Part shown: one piece after another, positions 39,933 to 50,660 of the stretch
Numbering within the stretch: the first letter of the stretch is position 1
Layout of the letters: each line of letters starts with the position of its first letter
Assembly (NCBI GenBank): GCA_028023455.1
Contig: JAQFVV010000011.1
Coordinates: 2,790,001 to 2,854,000, forward strand
Direction of reading: 5' to 3'
Origin: Epiperipatus broadwayi
Taxonomy: Eukaryota; Animalia; Onychophora
DNA length: 64,000 bases
Notes under the pieces: generated by a model
Databases searched by the model: none
Told to the model about the DNA's origin: nothing
What the model saw: only the letters and a program-made list of their open reading frames with translations
Translations under genes and position numbers: made by a program

Positions 39933-41764
39933 TAAAACTTATTATCCCACTTCTTTATATTTTAAAAATAAAATGGGCAATGAAACTATCAATATACAAA
40001 TTTTCTAGTTAACATTCTTTTTTTCAATACCTGTTTTTTGGTTTGGAAATCATAATAGTAGCCATATGATCAGCAGACACAGTCTCTCCAATTGTTTTAT
40101 TTCTTTTAAGACTACATTAATTTCAGAATCTACATAATCACTCCTACTTGCAGTCACCCACTTCATATTTTTGACTATACTCCTCATATAAACTTTAAGC
40201 TTTCTCCAATAATACAAGGATGTTTTATTGGTACCATTTTTTCTGCCATTACTAAATCAATAACTTTTTACAAATTCATGATAAGAATGCATTTTATTTA
40301 TAAAATAGTGCACCATATTAATCTTTTAGCAGTAAAAAAGTTAAATGAAAAATTTGATTTAAAAATGAATTGTGAAAGTCTAAATTTTACTATTGTAAAG
40401 TTGCATTTAATCCTTCTGCACTTCAATGAAAAAAAAACATTACATCATCTTCTAGTGGCAGTTTGAGTTAATATTCAACATTTTACTTTAGTATTAAAAT
40501 CTTTTATTCTATATTATGCATTAAAAATTATAATTGATTTATTAGAAATATAAGTTTACAAATGAAAAATATCCTAAAAAATCATGTTTAAATTTTCAAA
40601 ATATATTAATAATAATAATAATGATGATGATGAAAATAAAAAAAATTCTTATTAGACAATTACAGTAAAGTCAATGAAATCTTGTTGGTTGAACTTTATT
40701 ATTAAAATATGAACAAATTATTCTTAACTCATAATAAAGCTATGAAAATCTGCTTTAAAATTTTAAAGTTGTAAAATTTCTGTACTAATAGAATATAATG
40801 ATCATAGTTTTTCATTTTATCATTGATAGAAATTTCTTAATTTGTATATTTTAAAATAAAACATGTTAAGTATAAACATGAAAATATTTCTTTTTTTTTT
40901 AACAATTACTATGCAGATGTTTTATATAAATAATTATGAATATTTAAATAATGTATGGAAAATATATTAATATATATATGTGCTCTGTGCACAGTTAATG
41001 AAGCTTTTAATAAATTGTCAAAATTTTTACTGCCAAGCGCTTTATATTGCACATTGTTAATAATAATTGAAGTAGAGTTTACAAGTTTGTTTATGTGCCC
41101 AAGAGCAAAGAATCTATCAAACAATGATGTTATAAGCTGTTGTCAGATCATTTATAGTATTTGTCTGTAGACTACTGATATCTTCAGATAATTTTTTGAA
41201 CTAATAAATTATTATTTACTTTTAATTCCAGCTTTTGCAATCATATGAACATACAAACAGCAAAATAGCCAAAATATATTTACAAGAGAGTGATTTAAAA
41301 CATAAGCAGGACAGCACAATTATAATACTTTGCAATAAAGTGAAGATCAGAATTGTAAGAGTTAAGACAGAATTCCAAGATGAAAAATAGTTGTTGCTGT
41401 ATTGTAAATTACATGGACTCGTAAGATTTGTTATATTTATGAATTTTAATCTTTGTTTATTTACATTTTTGGATAGCATATAATTAAAGTAATGCAGATT
41501 CATACATAAAATATTGTGATTAAATTTTTGTGTGAATCTTTGTAAAAGTGAGGCATAACATTTTATGGTCATGTCAGCCATTCTAATATTATAAGACTAG
41601 TATTTTGAAAAAAAAAAAAAAAGAATAGTTAATTTAGTAGAAGAAAATTATGTAAAAAAAAAAAAAAAGAATTGGTTATAAAAATAATATTTTTTTCAAA
41701 AACTTATTGTAAAACAATTTAAAATGTATTTGTCTGAAGGTTTGTAATGATGATATATTATTAG

Positions 41765-42064
41765 ATGTGATATGTTGGATTATTTTCATCGTAGCTCAGT
41801 TGATAAAGCGTTTGCCTTAAATTCGATATTCAAGAATCTAAAGGTGGGAGTTCAACTTCTAAGCAAATATTGTCACTATGCATATAGGCCAGCAACACCT
41901 GAAGAATCGTGGAGAATAATATTACTGGAAACGTTGTGTAATTACTAACCTGTGTTGTCTATTTGTGTGTTATTACTAACATTTGTTTGTATTTTAAAGT
42001 TTAAAATTTTCTATACATTCAGCATTCACTCATAGATGATGGAAATAGTCCAACATATCACATA
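41765..42064 (+). mobile_element. HHR family 3 copy: 26-bp inverted end + tRNA-like head + hammerhead (41895-41939) + tail
   Basis: atgtgatatgttggattattttcatc (41765) mirrors gatggaaatagtccaacatatcacat (42039-42064). A-box TAGCTCAGTTG at 41792, B-box GAGTTCAACTT at 41848. HHR acac CTGAAGA ... GAAA CG TT gtgt. Confidence 0.7.
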
Positions 42065-42587
42065 TAATTTAAAATGTATCTTAGAAAAATACACATAGTT
42101 ATAAAATCTTATAATAAATTTACCCATTGAATTAAAAAACTGATGCTATTAGGGAAATAAAAATCAAATTAAAAAAGTATATTAAAAATAGCTTAAATAT
42201 ATCTGTAATATATAAGCATATAATTTGATGTAATCAATATTTTTATTATATATAATTAATATATTATTATTATATATTTAACTTAGTTTTATATTTAAAA
42301 AAAAAGTATTTATATAACTTGTTTATGACAACCTTTTCTATACACAAGTGAAACTAGGACTTAGTTGAATAAACATTACATGTTGGGTAAATATATTTCA
42401 CCTTGTATAAATAAAATAAATAAATAAATAATGTTACCAAAATCTCGGGGTGGATGGGGTGTAAATGCCATATGAGGCATTAAAATTAGTTACGATGAAT
42501 TAAGTTTTTGATGCATATAATATATATTAATTATGAGATTGGTCATTTATTTGGTATAACAGATAAATATTATAATAAATTTATTAT

Positions 42588-43824
42588 TATCATCATCATC
42601 AACCATTATCAATCCACTACAGGATGAAGGTCTCTCCAAGGTCAATCCATCTTCTCTGATCTTTAGCTTCTCTTTTCCTCATTACCCCTGCACACTTTTT
42701 ATTTCATCCATCCATCTCACATGTGGTCTCTTTTTTGGTCTTTTACAATCTCTTGGAATCCTGTTTAAGATTTCAATTGTCCATCTATTATCATCTCTTC
42801 TAGCAATATGTCCAGCCCAACTCCACTTGTCTTTTAATTTTTTCAATGAGGTCAGTAATACCTGTTTGTACTCTTATCCATATATTGCATTTTCAATTTC
42901 TTCTTGCTACTCTCAACATGCATCTTTCCATACTTCTTTGAATGATCTGAAGTCTCTGTATTGCTCTTCTATTAAGTGTCCAAGTCTCAGATTCATAAGT
43001 AAGAACTGATAAAATACATTTATTAAGAACCTTCCTTTTCAAACACATAAACATATTTCCTTTTAGTATTAAGTTATTTCTATCAAAAACACTCCAACCA
43101 AGTTTAATTCTATGATTAATTTCATCAATTATGTTTCCATCTGTATTAATAATCTGATCAAGGTATTTATAGCTGTTAACTTCTTCTAACTCATCATAAT
43201 CAATCTTTATTTTCATATTTTGAGAAAATCCATTAAACATTACTTTAGTCTTTTTAACATTTATCTTTAGTCCTACTTTCATCTGATAAGTCCTGCAACA
43301 TTTCCTGCAGCTCTAAAATATTATTTGCAAAAACAACTACATCATCTGCAAAATCTAAATTACTTCAATAATCTCCATTTACTTTCACTCCTTTAGCTTC
43401 CCATTTTAATCCACAAAATACTTCTTGCAGCACTGCTGTAAAAAATTTTGGAGATATGGAGTCACCCTGTCTTACACCTTTCTTAATGTTGAATTTCCCA
43501 GTATCATTATGTAATCTAATTGTTGCTTTTGCATTTTTATAAATATTCTTTAAAATATGACAATATTCTGGATCTATACCTTGATGATCCAATGCTTTAA
43601 TCATTGAAAAAATGTTTTTAGAATCAAATGCCTTTTCATAATCTACAAATCCAAAGCATAATGGCAACTCATATTCATTTGTCCTTTCTATAACTTCTCT
43701 CAATACCTGGAAATGATCTATTTTACTAAAACCATTTTTAAATCCAGCTTGTTCTTTTACTTGTTGGAAATCCAATGTTCTCTGTAGAGGAGTTGTAATT
43801 ATCTTGGTAATTATTTTTACCAAG
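42588..43824 (-). mobile_element. 5'-truncated RTE-clade LINE (family B) with 13-bp TSD
   Basis: TSD ATAAATTTATTAT at 42575-42587 and 43825-43837. RT motifs EQAGF, FVDYEKAFDS, GVRQGDSISP and DFADDVV; (GAT)n tail; stops and frameshifts. Confidence 0.93.
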
Positions 43825-44210
43825 ATAAATTTATTATAAACATCATTTTTATTATATGTTATATGCATATACACACAATAACAAAATTATTTACAACTGA
43901 TGTGAGACTGCTCACTGAATTAAAAAACATAATAAAGCTGGAAAGAGATGTACCTTAATAAAATGACTAATAAAATGAATAATTAATTAGAAAAATAATA
44001 AACCATGGGTCACAATTAATATCTATCATTCACTTTCTATGACTCTTTACAAGGTAGATCTGTATTTTTTTTTATATTTTTGTTATTGTCCTTCTACGTT
44101 CATTTACTAGCTCTTTTATTATCTTATTACTAATGTCTAATCTCTTGCACAGTTTGCTACATTTCCAGCAATAGATCTTCTTACAAACTCGATAACAATA
44201 AAGTTATTTG

Positions 44211-44323
44211 ATTATTATTTTATTTCCATATGTCATAGCATCGACCGGGAGGCAAACCCACAACCATCTGCAACCAACTACTTGCTTGCAAGGCGACTGC
44301 GATGACCCTAGCTAACAACGCAG
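44211..44323 (-). mobile_element. tRNA-derived SINE (diverged copy)
   Basis: Aligns with 33899-34015 over its full length. Confidence 0.9.
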
Positions 44324-45709
44324 AAAGTTTTAGTTACAGACAATCACATGTCTTATCAACAATAATAACATCATTTTAAGCTATGTAGAAATAAGCAATT
44401 ACAAGCATTGCCGTTTATTACAGTAAGAAAAAATCATAAATGTATAGCACGCCATTCATATGTTATCAGTTTGATGGTATATAACACTAATAACAATGAG
44501 CTGGTAATGTATTAAGAACTAAGCACAGAGAGTATAAAAATTTTGAATTGAAACCTGATAAGTTAAAAAGAAGCTTGAAGTATGAACGAATAGAAATTAA
44601 AAAAAAGGAATGTCAAATATGGAAAAAAAAAAACTTTAATAGACTGTCATTTTATTCAGCAGTGAAATAAGTTTCTGACGTATTAGGTCAAAGACTTTCA
44701 ATTATAGTATCTAATGGAAATAATTCTCAGAAGCCCTCTAATAAAATAGTACATTATCTTTTTCAATCATGTGTTTTATTATCAAAGTTTTTATTTTTTT
44801 AATCGTAGTTTGATATATTCCACTGAGGTAACTTCCAATAATACTGAATATTTGCTTTTTAAAATTCAATAGATATTTTATCTAACGTTTATATTTGACA
44901 CTAATATTTTTTAGAAGACTTTTAAAAACAAATTCACATCTTTTATTTCCATGTGATTCAAAATATTAAACTAAAAAAGGATTAAATTTAGTTACAAACT
45001 ACAATGTTTAAAAAAAATTGCCATTCTCAGAAGCATTAATTTTTCAGTTTCTTTTTGAATTATTTTTTATTCGCATCAGACATTTAAAAGCATTCAACAT
45101 TAGATTTATAAAACTTTTCTGATATCTTTTCTAGTTTTAGAAATTATTTATTTATATGTAAATCTTTTGTCTAGACAACAAGATGATATGTATCAGATAA
45201 AATATAATAAAACAAAACATTGAAGTAAACTCTTCCAATACATATATGTAAATAAAATAAACAAACAAACGTTATAACTAATTTACGACATTACTGCCAT
45301 CTTTAATGGCGTTTACATTATAAGAAGTTAGGGTTATTCTCTGAGTATTCAGCTATTTGTAATCGATGGTTTTTTTTGTTTTGACAATGCTTTTATTTTA
45401 CATGTGAAAAATGATATGATAAAAAGAAAAATCAATGAGGTAAATTTTATAAATATGATGGAAAATTTTTTAAATAATTAATTTAATTGCATAAATATAT
45501 GTAAATTACTGAAGGTTGGACATTCATTTGGGAATACTAACGTTGTGCGATAAATAGTGAGATTTTCATTTTTTAAATTCTAATTGTAAATGCTTTTCAA
45601 GATAGGAATTATGCCATAAGCTGCCTATAGCATTTATTTATTGCCATAGTAACAACTGCAAAGTTGATTCTAATGTTTGTTTCATTACATATATATATAT
45701 ATGTATTAT

Positions 45710-45800
45710 TAAAAACCAGTCAACACTTACAAGACAATCTCAATATCAATAATAAGCAACAATTTCAAATTGTTGTCAAGGCAACCTCCTTTTAACAATA
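45710..45800. repeat. Dispersed ~90-bp repeat, second copy at ~58010-58100
   Basis: Shared aaacca.tcaacactta...gacaatc.caatat...caacaat.tcaaa.tgttgtcaaggcaacct. Confidence 0.75.
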
Positions 45801-46239
45801 ATGATGGAATTCACCTTCATTAATGGCCAATATATTTATAGAGACATTAAAGATTACAACTTGACCACCACACAGATTGAAATTATTGATATTTATATAT
45901 GTCTTGTTAAAATACTCTATTTTTTGCACAGTTGACAAAATTCATTCATTCTATAAATAATTCATCTGAATTTAAAAAACAAAAACAACCAACAAAAGCA
46001 ATTCTTTAAATACTGCATGAGGAATAAATAATTCATTTTTGATTAATATAGTAATCATTTTTTAAACTGGAAATAATTAATAGATCAAGTTTTTTGGTTG
46101 TTGTTGTTGTAATGTATGAATTTATTTTTTTGAATCAGCAAATTCTTGACTTATAATTATTTTATTATGAAGCTTGAAAATGATCTTAGTTATTATTCTG
46201 TTCTCTTGGATTCATAAAAGCAAAATGAGGAAAGTCATG

Positions 46240-47090
46240 AATTTTCAGATGAAATCAGAATACCTCTCATTGTAAATATTAGACAGTAAAGATAGATGCG
46301 AATGCTTAATAAATCCCTAGACTGTGCTGTTCTCTCAAAAATCTTAAATAGTTTTAAGCTTATGGCTTTAATCATAGAGAAGCTCTGAATCTTGGAACAC
46401 TTCATCTAGATCTTTCAGATCTAATGCATCATTCCTCTATAGACCATTACATACTTTTATGCTATATTACCAGCCTATTAGTCCAAACTGAAAAACATAA
46501 AATGTTTTCATTTGTAACCAGCTTGCTTTTATAGTCATATAGATCTGAATTCAGTTCAGTTTCAATATATTATGGTAGCATTCTTTTTGTAATAACTATA
46601 AGCAAATGTATCCTATGGCCATGATTTGGTATAAACCAATAAACTATCATATAACTAATCTTATGACTTCAGTTTATTTGCTGTTGTTATTGCAATATAC
46701 ATTTTTATCTTCTCCATGCCATTTATAGTAAGCTTTGGTAGTAATGATAGATGCCAGACTACAATATTTAATAAATATAAGCAAATTGGATTTGATTGAA
46801 AACATTTAAATGTTTTTAGATTTGGGCTGATGGTTTGATAATATAACATAGAGATAAAAACTAATAGCTGGAAGGAAGGTGGATTAGATCCTAAAGGATC
46901 AAAACCTCACTGATAAAAGCTACAAGCTTGAAACTAGACTGAGAATTTTGAATGTGACAATATATGATGGAGGTTCAATAAGCACTGTCATCTGGCAACT
47001 ATCATTGCTTTCTAAAGTTTACATTAAGTGGCATAGGAAAGGTGAAAAGTATACTGTTAAAGCAGTAATGCATAACTTGATCATGTGATT
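46240..47090. mobile_element. Old, diverged HHR family 1 element: minus arm ~46240-46660 and plus arm ~46780-47090, each with a dead hammerhead
   Basis: The plus HHR at 46905-46945 reads cctca CTGATAA AAGC-tacaa-GCTT GAAA CTAG AC tgaga. The minus HHR at ~46341-46381 reads ATGATTA AAGC-cataa-GCTT AAAA CTAT TT. The end motif gatcatgtgat is at ~47079. Confidence 0.7.
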
Positions 47091-48464
47091 GGTCATATGA
47101 TCATTTATTACTCTATCAAGTCAAACATCAACATTCTTTGCAGAAGTATATAGCATAAGATTTTGTGATTTAATAAGCCATGTTGGCCAAGTTCTGATTT
47201 ATATACTTATATTCCAGTAAAATAATATCACCTACAAAATGACCTTTGATTATTTATTCTCCAATTTTTGAAAAATCGAGAATTTTCTACTATGTGTATT
47301 AAATTTTAATTTCCAGATTTATATGTAATATAATCCATTGAAATGTCAACAATAAACTAATTGCTAAACCCAATATCTATGCACACTTCAAAAATAAAGC
47401 AATTTCAGTGTATTGTGTCACGTTAATGTTAGAGTAGGAGTAAAACAATTGTATAAGTAATGAAAGGAGTATGTTGTAATAATGTATTTTTATTTACGAT
47501 TCTTTGTTTTCCTTTCACGAATGCATTATATGATAATTCTAATTCTAGGGACTCCCTTAATTTATGTTCTTTCTATTACTTAATCTTTTCTTGCATTTTT
47601 TAAAAATCTATTTTGTGTACTGTTATTGACCCATGGCTCCCTATTAATCTTTTTTTTTTGTAAATTGTTTGAAATCAAGTTTGTCCTGCCACGCAAACAT
47701 TCGTATAAAAATTCAAATAATTCATAAATGAATATTCTTAATTATCAGATACATTACAAGTACTAATTATTAAAAGCTAATTATATTTCGTTGATCATAT
47801 TATTTATTTCATTCATTATTTACAATTCTGTTTTATATAATAGTCAATAAAGAGTTAAACGAGAAAAGTAAATATTAGCTCAATACAGGATTTAACACCA
47901 ACGTCAACTAATAAGTTAAATCTGAAAACTTAATACTTATTTAAAAATTATACTAATAACTTTAATTCAAAGGACGGAAATAAGTTATTCAATGTTTTGA
48001 ATTCAGTATCTTCAGTCTAACCAAGCATTATAAATAAAGTAATAAAACAAATTAGAAAGAAATGTGCTGATTTCTAAAGTGCTGTTTTTAATTTCCAAGA
48101 AAAGGAATATTTAATGAAAATATTTTCTTTATATACGTATGGTAACGTTAAAAATCATCCCCGTTTCTTAAAATTAAAACACTTTTTACCAATGAATGAA
48201 TGACTCCAATTGAATCTTCTAAAAACATTACTAAAACAAACCAATATTATTATTAAAGATGAAAATTATTGTCTTGAATAACACGCATTATGTAAAAGCT
48301 TTATTTGAACTTTGATAGTTTTCAATTTTTAAAATTTTTAACTAACTGTTAATACCAAAAAAAAAATTTTTTTTAAATGCCTCGAATTTTAATAAACTCA
48401 TAACTATAATTTGGTTTATATAAATTTGAAAACTGAACTTTTTAATCAGCTAGAGTGGATCATG

Positions 48465-49310
48465 TTAATGTTGTGGGTAGAGTACATCAAAATATTTTAT
48501 AATTATTATATTAAGTAATATTTTCCTAAGGATACCCCTTAAAAAAAATGCGCAAAATTCAAAAGGGAGGACCCTCTATAGGTCTAAACACAACCCCCCT
48601 TTATGATAAGAAGAAAAGATTCTTTCTTTCTTCTAACATCTTTTTTTTTAAATTTGGTGAGGTGAAAGGGTTTTGATTTAAGTATGTGAAGATATAAACC
48701 AATCCTCAATACAAAACCACAATTATTAAAATTATATTATCATAAAACTACAACATATTACCATTAACAATCAATAAATATTAATTAAAAAACTTTATTA
48801 ATAATTTTAAATATTAATTATATAAAATGATTAATTTCCCAAAATTAAATACATTAAAAATCTAACTTAAAAATAAACTTTTAGAAAAATAATCGTCTGA
48901 AAACTACAAAGGTAGAGAATTACATATATAATAAAACACAAATAATATTTTAAATAAATAATAAATTAATTATTAAATTAAAATTTGAAGTATATATAAA
49001 TAATTATAACATTATTATATCTTCATATTATATCTTATATAATAATAATACTTTTTTTATTTTAAGTGAAATTAAATTATGTGAGTATTATTATAATATT
49101 ATTTAAGTAGAGTAAATAATTAAAAAATAATTTCACTTCTAACTAAAATTTTTTTACAAAAAAATATATTTTTTTTTAAATAAATATTGTTTTTTTTGTT
49201 TTTAAGAGGTTTCTCTCTTTTTATATTCTTTTGGGGTTTTTTTCTAATTTTCCCAATTTTATTATTAATGTTGTGGATAGAGTACATCAAAATATTTTAT
49301 AATTATTATA
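48465..49310. other. 754-bp very AT-rich insert flanked by a 46-bp direct repeat
   Basis: ttaatgttgtgg(g/a)tagagtacatcaaaatattttataattattata at 48465-48510 and 49265-49310 (1 mismatch). Confidence 0.85.
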
Positions 49311-49483
49311 GTAATTATGAATGCTGTAGTATATACATTTACTGTTCTCACAGAAATAGTTATGAATTATTTACAGAATAACTCTATAAATAAGTCTAGT
49401 ATTGCATTAATAATATATAAATAAACACAAGTGAACACTTAAAAAAAATTGAAGGATGACTTCTTCTTAGACTGAATGAAACA

Positions 49484-49863
49484 TTTCATGATCACCATTC
49501 TTTATACTTACACCCGTTGTTTTTCATAGAGGTTGAACTGAGTTCAGATCTATACAACTATATAAGCCAATGAGCTTAGCTTGTAAACATTATTACGTTT
49601 TTATTTTGGACTAAAATCTTTATAATTAGTTAAAAAAAAGTAAAAGGTAGTTGCTGGAGGATTGCATTAGATCCTAAGATCTGGGTGCAGTGCTGCTCTC
49701 AGATCCAAGGCTCCTCACTGATGAAAGCCACAAACTAGAAACTAGTTTGGAAATATTGGATGAGTAGGCACTAGATAGGGATTTTATGCACAAACCTTCC
49801 AGCATCCAATGATTAATCTGGCTTGCTCTGAGTGACGCTACTGTATGAGAGTTTTGCCTCTGT
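49484..49863. mobile_element. HHR family 1 copy with 14-bp TSD
   Basis: TSD GACTGAATGAAACA at 49470-49483 and 49864-49877. A ~45-bp inverted end is followed by the plus arm. The HHR at 49712-49753 has intact CTGATGA/GAAA, ACUAGU and a GUU triplet, but a damaged stem I. Confidence 0.9.
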
Positions 49864-50508
49864 GACTGAATGAAACAGAAAGTGCCAACAGATTTAAATG
49901 AAATCATCCAAAAGAGACAAGCATATAAGCAAAATTTGGAAGCCTGGTTATAATTTAAATCAATTGAAAGTGTGAAGATTAGAAGATAAGGAATTCATTT
50001 TCAGGGGATGTCTGGAAGACAAAATATTACCACACATTATCATCTTTATAATTGAATCTAACTTAACTCAGCATGTGGTTTATAGTGTTTCTTGTCCTCA
50101 TAAAGATTGTGGTTCTATTTATTATTGTGAAACTAAAACCAATATTTTAAATAGAGTGTCACAGCTAAATATTTATATCATCATACTAAATCTAAATTTT
50201 TGGGAAATTCAGTGTTTATGGAACATGAAAATAAGGCTGGACACTTATGTCAACCAGTAGAGGCAAAATTAGTGTGTACGGAGAAGAATGACGTAAAGCG
50301 TAAGGTTAAAGAAGCTTGTTTTATAGCTGGTAATCCTAATGCTATTAATAGAAAGGATTCTTGTTTTAATATTTCTAAAATATGGACTTTATAATATTTA
50401 TTTATTTATATTGTATTTTATTTATTTATTTAGAGTTAGTTTACATCTTATTTGAGATACGCATTTTGCTTGTGAATAAGTGTTTATATTTTGTATTTGT
50501 TTTGTATT

Positions 50509-50553
50509 GAGCTATGATTATGGAGGCTTAAGTCCCCCGAAAGCGCTCAGCTT
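50509..50553 (+). ncRNA. Minimal hammerhead ribozyme variant (A3-U8 core) in the 5' pLTR
   Basis: GAGCT ATGATTA T GGAGGC-TTAA-GTCCCCC GAAA GCGC TC AGCTT: stem I GAGCU/AGCUU, palindromic AGCGCU, CUC triplet (cut after 50548). Confidence 0.72.
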
Positions 50554-50660
50554 TATTGTTATAATTTTATATTTAAAGCTTCAGCAACTGTGTTTTATCA
50601 CAGTTAATTTTTTTTAATTTATTGATTTTTGTTGAAGTATATACATACATTCTTTTCATT

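Noticed and set aside
41790-41863. Functional tRNA gene
   Set aside because: The acceptor stem is missing, the B box is degenerate and the anticodon arm does not close; it is at most a tRNA-derived head.
45720-45780. Duplicated host exon (minus strand) at 45720 and 58025
   Set aside because: Only one copy has a donor site and only the other a good acceptor, and the 58025 copy has an in-frame stop; treated as a dispersed repeat.
46341-46381. ATGATTA core in a family 1 copy as evidence of C3-G8 to A3-U8 covariation
   Set aside because: The opposite arm of the same insertion reads CTGATAA, and this arm is heavily decayed elsewhere (G12, stem III, stem I), so random decay explains it equally well.
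48511-49264. Mitochondrial insertion (NUMT)
   Set aside because: The frames I checked closed quickly even under the invertebrate mitochondrial code, and I recognised no tRNA or rRNA. A control-region origin cannot be excluded without BLAST.
50075-50394. Two short ORFs resembling GIY-YIG as separate genes
   Set aside because: They are the frameshifted duplicate of the ORF 3' end within the 5' pLTR.
50622-50660. Listed ORF start at 50622
   Set aside because: It is a non-ATG start inside the pLTR; the first ATG is at 50661.
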